Assembly (NCBI GenBank): GCA_963749075.1
Contig: CAVVLJ010000017.1
Location: 864,001 to 928,000, forward strand
Length of the DNA: 64,000 nt
Direction of reading: 5' to 3'
Source of the DNA: an uncultured Pseudomonadota bacterium
GTDB lineage: Bacteria; Pseudomonadota; Alphaproteobacteria; JACZXZ01
The position numbers and the translations under genes were made by a program. Under the pieces are notes generated by a model. It was given only the letters and a program-made list of their open reading frames with translations. It was not told the origin of the DNA and ran no database searches. Numbering within the stretch: the stretch's first letter is position 1; each line of letters starts with the position of its first letter. Below are positions 1 through 9,400 of the stretch, one piece after another.

Positions 1-1494
1 CGTAACGCCGACGTACCGAAGGGCCGTCGGATCGAGTTCCGGGTAGGAATCAACCTCGGGGACGTTATCGTCGATGGCGATGACATCCATGGCGATGGCG
101 TCAATATCGCGGCCCGGCTGGAAGGGTTGGCGCAATCTGGGGGCATTTGCTTATCGCAGACCGTCCTCAACCACGCGCGTGGCAAGGTGCCGCTCGAAGC
201 CGAGGACGCGGGTGTTCAGACGCTAAAGAACATCGACCGGCCGGTCCATGTCTATCGCGTGATATTGGGGCCAACCGCGCGGCGTGCCGCATCTACGGAG
301 TCGGCCTTACCCCTGCCCGACAAGCCGTCGATCGCCGTGCTCCCCTTCGTCAACATGAGTGGCGATCCAGAGCAGGAGTTCTTCGCTGACGGCCTCACCG
401 AGGACATCATCACCGAGCTGTCCCGTTTCCACGACCTGGTCGTCATCTCCCGCAACTCGGCATTCGTGTACAAGGGCAAGACGGTCAGGGTCCAAGACGT
501 CGCGCGCGAGTTCGGCGTCCACTACATCGTCGAGGGGAGCGTGCGCAAGGCGAGCGACCGCGTCCGCGTCACGGTGCAGCTCATCGACGCCGAGGCCGAT
601 CGGCACATCTGGGCCGAGCGCTACGACCGCAAGCTCGAGGACATCTTCTCCGTCCAGGACGAGGTGACCACGGCGATCGTCGCCACGCTGCCCGGCCGCG
701 TCGAGGCCGCCACGCATGACCGCGCGAAGCGCAAGACGACCGGCAACATGGCGGCTTATGAGTGCGTGCTCGCGGCCAAGGTGCTGCACCACCGCTCGGT
801 CCGGGAGGACAACGCCGAGGCGCAGCGCCTGCTCGACCGTGCGCTTGCGCTCGACCCGAACTATGCCCATGCTCACGCCTGGAAGGCATGCGTGCTGGGC
901 CAGGCGTGGACCTATGGATGGTGCGCGGATCGTGACGCCACCTTCCAGCAGGTGGCCGAGGAGTTGGAGATCGCTCTGGCACTCGACGACAACGACAGCG
1001 ACGTGCACCGCGTCCTCGCCGCAGTGAGCCTGGTACACGACAATCACGACAAGGCCGCGTACCATCAGGAGCGGGCGCTCGCACTCAATCCCAACTACGA
1101 CCTCGTCGTGGTGCAGCAGGGCGAACTTCTGACGTGGCTGGGGCGGCCGGAGGAGGGCATCGATTGGATCAAGAAGGCGATGCGCCTCAACCCGTACCAC
1201 CCCGAGCGCTTCTGGAATCACCTGGGCCGGGCGTATTTTATGGCGCGTCGCTACGCCGAGGCGGTCGAGGCTTTCAGTCGCATCACCAGGCCGGATCACA
1301 CGCATCACGCATTTCTCGCGGCCTCCTTGGCTCAGATGGACGACCAGACCGCGGCAGCGGCACACACCCAGGCGGTGTTGAAACGAGAACCGAAATTCTC
1401 CGTGCAAAGTTATCTGGCAACGTTGCATTACAAGCGCGACAGCGACCGTGTGCACCATCGCGAGGGCTTGCGCAAGGCCGGGCTGCCGGAGTGA
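1..1494 (+). CDS. Class III adenylate/guanylate cyclase - TolB-like - TPR protein (5' end outside window)
   Basis: Frame is open from base 1: FRVGINLGDVIVDGDDIHGDGVNIAARLE (cyclase signature), then PDKPSIAVLPFVNMSGDPEQEFFADGLTEDII (TolB-like) and TPR helices. Confidence 0.9.
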   Translation, partial: RNADVPKGRRIEFRVGINLGDVIVDGDDIHGDGVNIAARLEGLAQSGGICLSQTVLNHARGKVPLEAEDAGVQTLKNIDRPVHVYRVILGPTARRAASTESALPLPDKPSIAVLPFVNMSGDPEQEFFADGLTEDIITELSRFHDLVVISRNSAFVYKGKTVRVQDVAREFGVHYIVEGSVRKASDRVRVTVQLIDAEADRHIWAERYDRKLEDIFSVQDEVTTAIVATLPGRVEAATHDRAKRKTTGNMAAYECVLAAKVLHHRSVREDNAEAQRLLDRALALDPNYAHAHAWKACVLGQAWTYGWCADRDATFQQVAEELEIALALDDNDSDVHRVLAAVSLVHDNHDKAAYHQERALALNPNYDLVVVQQGELLTWLGRPEEGIDWIKKAMRLNPYHPERFWNHLGRAYFMARRYAEAVEAFSRITRPDHTHHAFLAASLAQMDDQTAAAAHTQAVLKREPKFSVQSYLATLHYKRDSDRVHHREGLRKAGLPE

Positions 1495-1588
1495 TCGGTG
1501 CCTGATCCAAGGCTAGGTAAAGGAACACCACGCCATTAATCGCTCAATTCGTCCACCCGACCTAATGTCCCTTGTGACCCAAAGCGGA

Positions 1589-1670
1589 GTGCGCCGGGAG
1601 AGCGGCGAGGAGTAGGTAGTGCAAGTCCACTACGATAAAGGTCCGTATGCGTGATACGTCCGGTACGCCG
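1589..1670 (+). mobile_element. Probable group II intron 5'-end relic (no RT ORF)
   Basis: Starts with the canonical GTGCG 5' boundary; GTGCGCCGGGAGAGCGGCG...GTGCAAGTCCACTACGAT resembles bacterial group II intron 5' ends as I recall them; CCGTATGCG..GTACG downstream looks like a decayed domain V. Confidence 0.45.
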
Positions 1671-1728
1671 TGCCATGAATAGCCGAAACCGAGGGTAATG
1701 TAGTGACGGTCGGTCTGCCGGCTGAGGG

Positions 1729-3141
1729 TTAATCGGTCGGTCGAATGTTCTGATTTACCCGAAAGAAGTTCTTGGGATCGTACTTCATCTTGATGCCGGC
1801 CAGACGCTGATAGTTGTCTCGATAGGTGGCTTGAACGCGGTCCTGGCCCTCTTCCATCATGAAGTTCACGTACGCGCCACCCGCCGAATATGGACGCATG
1901 GCGTCCCAATAGTCTTTGCACCATGCCGTGATTTTTTCGCTGTTGGCGGGGTCGGGGTCCACGCCCACGATCGCCTCGGCGAACAGCGCTTCGCGGAAAC
2001 TGTATGCGGTATCGTTTTTGCCGACGCGCTGTGCCGCGCCATTGACGGGATAGAGGTGCATCGTGGAGAGCATGGTCGGTATCTTAGACCCGTGTTCGAC
2101 GTGCCGGGCAATGGCTTCATCGCTCAATTCCGTGAAGTTGTCAGCCCGCCAATACCATTGCAGGCCGGGAACGAACAGAGGGTCAAACAGGCTTTGCACG
2201 GCCGGAAATGGCGCAGGCCCGACGTGGTCAAAAAGCGGGTTACCCAGCGATCGCATCGGCTTCAGGGATTCTTCCGTCTGTTCGGCAGACCCGGTGCAGC
2301 ACCACACGATGCCGCATACTTTCTTATGGTGGAGATGCTCAGGGAACATTGGGGCGGGCGGGACGACAAGAAAAGCGAAAAAGCCGCTTACCTCCTCGGG
2401 AGCTTCCTTGATGAAGTCTCGATAGGCGCTGAGGACATTCGCGGCCTCGTCGAGCGGCCAGAACGTCGGGCCGAAGTGGACCATCTTGACCGGATGGAGC
2501 CGAAATTCGAAGGAAGTGACCACTCCGAAGTTTCCGCCACCGCCGCGCACCGCCCAAAACAGATCGGGATTCTCTTCGCTGCTCGCCGTCACGAAGCTCC
2601 CATCGGCCAAAACCATGTCCACAGAGAGCAGATTGTCGATCGTCAGGCCGAACCTGCGCGTGAGATAGCCGATACCTCCGCCCAGGGTGAGCCCAGCCAC
2701 TCCGGTGGTGGAGATGAAGCCGCATGGTGTGGCCATGCCGAAGGCGTGCGTTGCATGATCCACGTCGCCCCAAACGCACCCTGCCTCAACGCGGACGGTT
2801 CTGTCCGCGGGGTTCACGCGAATGCCCTTCATTCGTGAAAGGTCGACCACCAGACCGTCGTCACAGGTCCCTAGGCCGGCGCCGTTATGGCCGCCGCCGC
2901 GAATTGCCGTCAATAGGTCATTTCCCGCGCCAAACTCCACCGCCGCTATAACGTCGGCAACGTCCACGCACCGCGCAATGAGACGTGGGCGTTTATCGAT
3001 CATTCCGTTATAGACCTTGCGCGCGGATTCATAGGCGGCATCCGTCGGCTGAATAAGCTCCCCACGGAAAGAACTCTTCAATTGATCTACAGATTGTGGA
3101 GGCATAGGGTTCTCCCGATCACCATGATGTTTGATCCCCAT
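1729..3141 (-). CDS. FAD-binding oxidoreductase, berberine-bridge-enzyme/VAO family
   Basis: RGGGHNGAG flavinylation motif, GLTLGGGIG, DLFWAVRGGGGNFGVVT, C-terminal YVNF...KYDPKNFFRVNQNI; true start may be the MPPQ Met near 3105. Confidence 0.92.
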   Translation of the reverse strand: MGIKHHGDRENPMPPQSVDQLKSSFRGELIQPTDAAYESARKVYNGMIDKRPRLIARCVDVADVIAAVEFGAGNDLLTAIRGGGHNGAGLGTCDDGLVVDLSRMKGIRVNPADRTVRVEAGCVWGDVDHATHAFGMATPCGFISTTGVAGLTLGGGIGYLTRRFGLTIDNLLSVDMVLADGSFVTASSEENPDLFWAVRGGGGNFGVVTSFEFRLHPVKMVHFGPTFWPLDEAANVLSAYRDFIKEAPEEVSGFFAFLVVPPAPMFPEHLHHKKVCGIVWCCTGSAEQTEESLKPMRSLGNPLFDHVGPAPFPAVQSLFDPLFVPGLQWYWRADNFTELSDEAIARHVEHGSKIPTMLSTMHLYPVNGAAQRVGKNDTAYSFREALFAEAIVGVDPDPANSEKITAWCKDYWDAMRPYSAGGAYVNFMMEEGQDRVQATYRDNYQRLAGIKMKYDPKNFFRVNQNIRPTD

Positions 3142-3682
3142 TCAACCGACGTTCCCCGTGTGTGACCGACCAAACCAGCCCTCTTTTGGGGAGGGTACGC
3201 CAATCGCGGCTGCCGACAAAGCCGGAATTCGACATTGCTGAGCTGAATTTCGGAAAGGCGTGATCCGTAGTCGGTCGAACTTCCGCTTCAGGCACGTCTC
3301 TTCTGTTAGCCGCGGTGCATCGTGATGGCGCCTCTTGGACGCAGAGCGGGTGGTGAGCAGCCGTACCCGGGGCGCCGAACATTCCCCCCGAGGTGAACCG
3401 GCATTGGAAAGGCTGCCTCTCGCCGGCTGCGATCGCCGCCCGCGCCAGCATCAGAGGGGCCATCATCGTTAGTGGGGCTACAAATGGCGGAAGAAGTGCA
3501 CTTTCAGCACGGAAAAGCTGTGAGAGTACCAGCCCTGCAGGTCGGGCGACTCGATGATTTGACTGCTCGGCAGCGATTGCGATCAAATATCGTTGTGACG
3601 ACACCCCGGTGAGACGCAAAATAATGTTTGCGGACCGCGAATCCGGGGAATGTCGATTAAGTCGATTAAGGAGGGTGTAACT

Positions 3683-4111
3683 ATGGCGGCGTCACACAAA
3701 GGCGAATGTTTCTGCGGGGCGGTTCAGGTGGAGGTTTCGGGCGAACCTGAAGGCATGGGCTATTGTCACTGCCAATCATGCCGATCCTGGTCGGGCGGCC
3801 CGGTCAATGCCTTCACTCTATGGAAACCTGACGCCGTACGGATCATCAAGGGTGCTGAGCATGTCGCCACATTCCAAAAGACGGAAGTAAGCCAGCGCCA
3901 ATTCTGCACCAAATGCGGCGGCCACCTCATGACCAACCATCCTACGCTGGGACTCGTCGATGTGTTCGCTGCGACGTTGCCGACGCTCAAGTTCACCCCC
4001 GGCGTCCACGTGAATTATGCGGAGACAGTTCTGCCCATGCGGGACGGACTCCCTAAGCTGAAGGATTTTCCCAAGGAATTTGGCGGTTCTGGTGAAGTCG
4101 TTCCGGATTAG
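3683..4111 (+). CDS. GFA family (glutathione-dependent formaldehyde-activating/CENP-V) Zn protein
   Basis: GECFCGAV, YCHCQSCR and FCTKCG Cys motifs; AGGAGG SD before ATG 3683. Confidence 0.9.
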   Translation: MAASHKGECFCGAVQVEVSGEPEGMGYCHCQSCRSWSGGPVNAFTLWKPDAVRIIKGAEHVATFQKTEVSQRQFCTKCGGHLMTNHPTLGLVDVFAATLPTLKFTPGVHVNYAETVLPMRDGLPKLKDFPKEFGGSGEVVPD

Positions 4112-4389
4112 AAGACGACGGTGGCTTGTGGCTAGAGGAGAAGCTATCACTCAGTCCCCCTTTATGCGTGAAATAGCCCGATAAACAGGCGCTGGTCAGC
4201 CGAATAGACAATTGCCCACCGCTCGCGGTTTAGTGCACCCAAGGTCCGCAACATTGCGGACCAACGCCCTCCTCCACTCAGGGTCCCCTTTGGGTTCGTG
4301 AGCGGGCATTCAAGCGGGTACCGAGGGTCTGATTCGCTCCACTAGCTCCACCGTCTACCGGCTTGACCGGGCGTGCGACCGGATGATCT

Positions 4390-4767
4390 TTGTTTGGATC
4401 GGACATCGCGGAGGAGCCTATCGATGGACGCGCGGGCGAGGAAAATCGATGCCGCGCGGTGTACGAGGCGCTTCTCGAGCGGATCGAGGACCTCGAGGAT
4501 GCCGTGCGGCTCATCGAGGACGAACGCGACGAGGCGAAGCGAGATTATCTGCCGGCCGAGCTCGTCGCCCGCCTGGTCGCCGGCGAGCACCCGGTCAGGA
4601 TCTGGTGCTACCACCGCGGCCTCAAGCTCGCCGAGCTCGCAGCCAATAGCGGCGTCGCGGCGAGCTACGTCTCCGAGATCGAGACCGGCAAGAAGCCGGG
4701 CTCGGTCGCTGCCATCAGGAAGCTCGCGGCGGGCCTCAAGGTCGAGGTCGACGACCTGATCCGCTGA
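4390..4767 (+). CDS. XRE-family HTH protein (antitoxin-like); N-terminus uncertain or degenerate
   Basis: YEALLERIEDLED...LPAELVARLVAGEHPVRIW..RGLKLAELAANSGVAASYVSEIETGKK. Confidence 0.75.
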   Translation: MFGSDIAEEPIDGRAGEENRCRAVYEALLERIEDLEDAVRLIEDERDEAKRDYLPAELVARLVAGEHPVRIWCYHRGLKLAELAANSGVAASYVSEIETGKKPGSVAAIRKLAAGLKVEVDDLIR

Positions 4768-4894
4768 CCCGAGTACCGCCCACGCGCCGTTGCGTGGACC
4801 GCGGCGGCGGGTTATCGTCGGGCTTCGGAGCGCGCTTGGAGAGACGTCGAGCGCACGGCCGCCTCGGCGACGGCCGCGCGCGCTGGGGGTGGCG

Positions 4895-6448
4895 TTGGGG
4901 TACCTGCCGAACTACGACGAGGACGTCTTCATCAGCTACGCGCACAATGACGACGACGTCTATGCGTCGGAGCCGCGCGGCTGGGTGACCCAGCTCCATT
5001 ACGACCTCGAGCAGCGCGTCACCGGCTACCTCGGCTCCCAGGCGCGCCTCTGGCGCGACATCGAGATCCGCAACAACGAGCATTTCGACGAGAAGATCTC
5101 CAACCGCCTGGCCAAGACGGCGACGCTGCTCTCCGTCATCAGCCCGAGCTTCATCAAGCGGCCGTGGTGCCTGCGCGAGCTCGAGGAGTTCGCCCTGCAC
5201 GCGGAGGGCGGCACCGGCATCCGCGTCGACGAGGAGCGCTCGCGCATCTTCAAGGTCGAGAAGATCCCGATCGACCGCGACGCCCTTCCCTCCCCCATGC
5301 AGGGGACCAAGACCTACCGCTTCTACGGCCCCGATCCGCGCCAGCCCAACCGCAGCCACGAGTTCCGCCCGCAACTCGGCGGCGATTACTTCCTGCGCTA
5401 CTACGAGGAGATGGACGAGCTCGCCAAGGACATCGCCACGGTGCTGCGCGAGCTCGCCGAGCTCACCGCGTCGGGCGGCGCGCAGCCGGGAGCCGCGGCG
5501 CAAGCCCAGCTCGCCGTCTACGTCGCCGAGACCACCTCGGACCTCGACGACAAGCTCGGCGAGGTGCGCCGCGACCTCAAGGACCGCGGCTATCTCGTCC
5601 TGCCCTCGGCCGATCTCCCCTACCGCGCCAAGGACTATCGCGACAAGGTGCGCGAGTGCCTCAAGCGCGCGGCCCTCTCGGTGCATCTCGTGGGCGCGCA
5701 ATACGGCTTCGTGCCCGAGGGCGAGGCGAGCAAATCGAACGTCTGGCTGCAGCACGACCTGGCGATCGAGCGCGGCGCCGATGCCGGCTTCGAGCGGCTC
5801 ATCTGGATGCCGCCGGGTCTCTCGCCGAGCGACGAGCGCCAGCGCCGCTTCGTCGATTACCTGCGCGAGGACCCGGCGGCGCAGAAGGGCGCCGACCTCC
5901 TCGAGACCAAGCTCGAGGACCTGAAGACGGTGATCCAGGAGAAGCTGCGCCAGATCGGCGAGCGCAACTCGGCGAAGCAACGCCGCCCCCAAGCCGCGCG
6001 CGCGGCGGCGCAGCGCAAGGCCGCCGGCGAGCCGCTCCGCATCTATCTCATCTGCGATCCCCTCGACCGCCAGCAGCCGCAGCTCGTGGCGCTGCGCCGC
6101 TTCCTCCTCGCCAAGGGCTACGAGCCGATGCTGCCGAGCGAGAGCGAGGACGAGGCCGAGACGCTCGCCGACCACATCGACAATCTCGAGCTGTGCGACG
6201 CCTGCCTCGTCTATTACGGCGCCGGCTCGGCCCGCTGGTTCGACGCCAAGCTCAAGGACTTCCGCAAGATCCTGAGCCGCCGCCCGCAGCCGGTGCTCGC
6301 CAAGGCCGTCTACATCGCAGCACCCGAGACCCCCGCCAAGGCCGAGGTCGAGACCAACGAGGCGCTGGTGCTCAAGGGGGGTGCTGCCTTCGCGCCCGAG
6401 ACCCTGGCACCCTTCCTCGGCCGGCTCGGCAGCGCCGCATCGGCCTGA
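4895..6448 (+). CDS. TIR-domain protein with two further TIR/DUF4062-like Rossmannoid domains
   Basis: DVFISYAHND...LWRD...ISPSFIKRPWCLREL (TIR with catalytic Glu); second unit VYVAETTSDL..SVHLVGAQYG; third unit IYLICD..LELCDACLVYYG; probable TTG start after GGGGG. Confidence 0.85.
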   Translation: MGYLPNYDEDVFISYAHNDDDVYASEPRGWVTQLHYDLEQRVTGYLGSQARLWRDIEIRNNEHFDEKISNRLAKTATLLSVISPSFIKRPWCLRELEEFALHAEGGTGIRVDEERSRIFKVEKIPIDRDALPSPMQGTKTYRFYGPDPRQPNRSHEFRPQLGGDYFLRYYEEMDELAKDIATVLRELAELTASGGAQPGAAAQAQLAVYVAETTSDLDDKLGEVRRDLKDRGYLVLPSADLPYRAKDYRDKVRECLKRAALSVHLVGAQYGFVPEGEASKSNVWLQHDLAIERGADAGFERLIWMPPGLSPSDERQRRFVDYLREDPAAQKGADLLETKLEDLKTVIQEKLRQIGERNSAKQRRPQAARAAAQRKAAGEPLRIYLICDPLDRQQPQLVALRRFLLAKGYEPMLPSESEDEAETLADHIDNLELCDACLVYYGAGSARWFDAKLKDFRKILSRRPQPVLAKAVYIAAPETPAKAEVETNEALVLKGGAAFAPETLAPFLGRLGSAASA

Positions 6449-6455
6449 GCCGCCT

Positions 6456-9400
6456 ATGCCCGACGAACCGCGGCTCCACCCCTTCCCGGGCCTCAGGCCC
6501 TTCGAGACCGACGAGGAGTACCTCTTCTTCGGGCGCGAGGGCCAGAGCGAGGAGATCCTCCGGCGTCTCAGGCGCAACCGCTTCCTCGCGGTGGTCGGCA
6601 GCTCGGGGAGCGGCAAGTCCTCGCTCGTCCGCGCCGGGCTCCTGCCCTATCTCTACGGCGGCTTTCTCGCCAAGGCCGGCTCGCACTGGCGCGTCGCCAT
6701 CTTCCGACCCGGCAGCGACCCCTTGGGCGGCCTCGCGCGCGCGCTCAACGACGCCGCCGTGCTCGGTGCCGGGGGCCTGAGTGCCGAGGACGCGGCGCGC
6801 AACGCCGTCCTCCTCGAGGTGACGCTGCGGCGGAGCGGGCTCGGCCTCATCGAGGCCGTGCGCCTCGCGCGCCTCGAGGGTCACGAGAACGTCCTCGTCG
6901 TCGTCGACCAGTTCGAGGAGCTCTTCCGCTACGCGGCTGCCGGCGGGGCGCCGAGCAAGGAGGGCGACGCCGACGCCTTCGTCAAGCTCCTCCTCGAGGC
7001 GAGCGGGCAGAGCGGGCTGCCGATCTATGTCGTGCTCACCATGCGCTCGGACTTCATCGGCGACTGCGCGCGCTTCCGCGACCTGCCGGAGGCGGTGACC
7101 GCGGGGCTCTTCCTCATTCCCCGCATGACGCGCGACCAGCGGCGCGCCGCCATCGAGGAGCCGGTGCACGTGGCGGGCGCCGAGATCTCGCGCCGGCTCG
7201 TCAACCGCCTCTTGAACGACGTGGGCGACAACCCCGACCAGCTTCCCATCCTCCAGCACGCGCTGATGCGGGGCTGGGACTATTGGACGGCGCGCGCGGG
7301 CGAGGGACGGCCGCTCGATCTCGAGGACTACCAGGCGATCGGCGGCATGGCCGAGGCCCTCTCGCGCCATGCCGACGAGGCCTATGACGGGCTCGCGGAC
7401 GAGCGCCAGCGGCAGATCGCCCGCCGGGTCCTCCAATGCCTCACCGAGAAGGGCACCGACAACCGCGAGACGCGGCACCCGAGCACGGTCGCGGCCATCG
7501 CCGCGGCCGCCGGCGTCGAGGCGGCGGAGGTGATCGCGGTCGTCGAGGCATTCCGCCGGCCGGGCCGCTCGTTCCTCACACCCTCGGCCGAGGTGCCGCT
7601 CGAGGCGAGCTCGGTCATCGACATCTCCCACGAAAGCCTGATCCGCGGCTGGCGGCGGCTCAAGGGCTGGGTCGAGGAGGAGGCGGAGTCGGCGCGGGTC
7701 TACCGCCGCCTCGCCGAGACGGCGGCGCTGCGCGCGCAAGGCCAGGCCGGGCTGTGGCACGATCCCGATCTCGCGCATGCGCTCTCCTGGCAGGCGCGCG
7801 AGCGGCCCAACGCCGCCTGGGCGGAGCGCTACCACCTTGGCTTCGAGGCGGCGATGGCCTTCCTCGAGGAGAGCCGGGTCGCGCGCGACGCCGAGAAGGC
7901 GGCCGAGGAGCGCCGCCGCAACGAGGCGTTGCGCCGCGCGCGGCGCGTGACCGCGGCGGTCACCTTCGCCCTCGCCGTCGTGGCGCTTCTCGTCGTCTAC
8001 GCCTGGGGGCAGAAGCGACAGGCCGAGGAGAAGCAGCGCGAAGCGACCCTCGCCGCCGAGGACCTGCGGGTGGAGGCGCGCCAATCGCGAAGACAGCTCT
8101 TCTCCGATCAGCAGACCATCACGGCCATGACCGACACGCTGATCGACAACGCGGCGCTCGAGGGCACCCTCTATCCGCGGCGGCGCAAGGTGACCGCGCT
8201 CACCGAGATCGGCGATCACGAGGGCGCCATCGCCCAGCTCGATACCATCCTCGCGGCCGATCCCGAGAACCTCGCTTCGATCTTCGATCGCGGCTACGAA
8301 TACCTCCTCGTCGGACGTCCCGAGAAGGCCATCTCCGACATCCGGAAATACCTCGGCAAGCACGAGGAATGGAACGCCTACAGCAATCTCGCCATTGCCG
8401 AGGCGATGCGGCGCAACTACGGCGCGGCGATCAAGGCCATCGAGCAGGCGATCGCGCATCACGATCCGACGAGCCTCAACATCTTCGACAGCGAGGTGGC
8501 GCCGGAAATCCAGGAGGCCACGCGCCATACCATCCTCTTTGCCGACAGCGCCAGCCTGTTCGTCGCCCTGCATTATGAATTGGCGGTGCTCTATGCCTTC
8601 ACGGGCGATCCCCGCTTCGAGAAGGCGCTCGATGAGGCCAACGCGGAGGAAGGCAAGTTCCGGGGCTCGAGCGACGCATACCTGTTGGCGCTCAACTGGG
8701 CATGGCTCGACGTAAGGGCGCAGGAGCGCGACGAGAACGGCGAGCTCATCGACTACGGCGTCTACGCCGGCAAGGGTGCCCTCTGGGAGCGCGCGGCGCT
8801 GAGCCGTCCGCGCTACGGCGATTGGGCCCGGCAGTCCTTCCTCGCGTTCCAGAAGGCCTATGCCGCGCGCCCCGAGCCCCGCTATGCGGCGCTCGCCGAG
8901 TGGGTGGCACGCCAGCTCGGCAGCCAGGAGCTCGGCGGCGGCGAGACGATGGCGGCCGAGAGCGAGGATCCGCGCGACATGGAATTGCGCGCCGAGGAGC
9001 TCGAGAGCCGCACCTGGGGCGAGGACCCCATGTCCCATGCCGAGGCGCAGCGAAGCTACAGCTCCGCCATCGAGCTGCTCGAGAAGGAAGTCGCCGGCAA
9101 CGACCTGCGGCGGCGGGACCTCCTCATCGCCCTCCATCTGCGCCGCGGTCAGATGCGCCTCGACGTGAACGACGCCAAGGGCGCGCGGGACGACGCCAAG
9201 CGCGTCATAGCGCTCGACGGCACGGTCTCGGACGCCTATCGCCTCCTTGCCCGCACGGACCTCGACGACAAGGAGCGGCGCGGCGATTATGAGGCGGCGC
9301 TCAAATACGATCCCGCCAACCCCGATGCCCTGCAGGATTACGCGGACATGCTTGAGCGGACCGCGCCCGGCCCGCAGCGCCAGGCGGATCTCGAGCATGC

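Noticed and set aside
3119-3619. 166-aa ORF between the FAD oxidase and GFA genes
   Set aside because: No motif, atypical composition and no SD; more likely a decayed intergenic mosaic.
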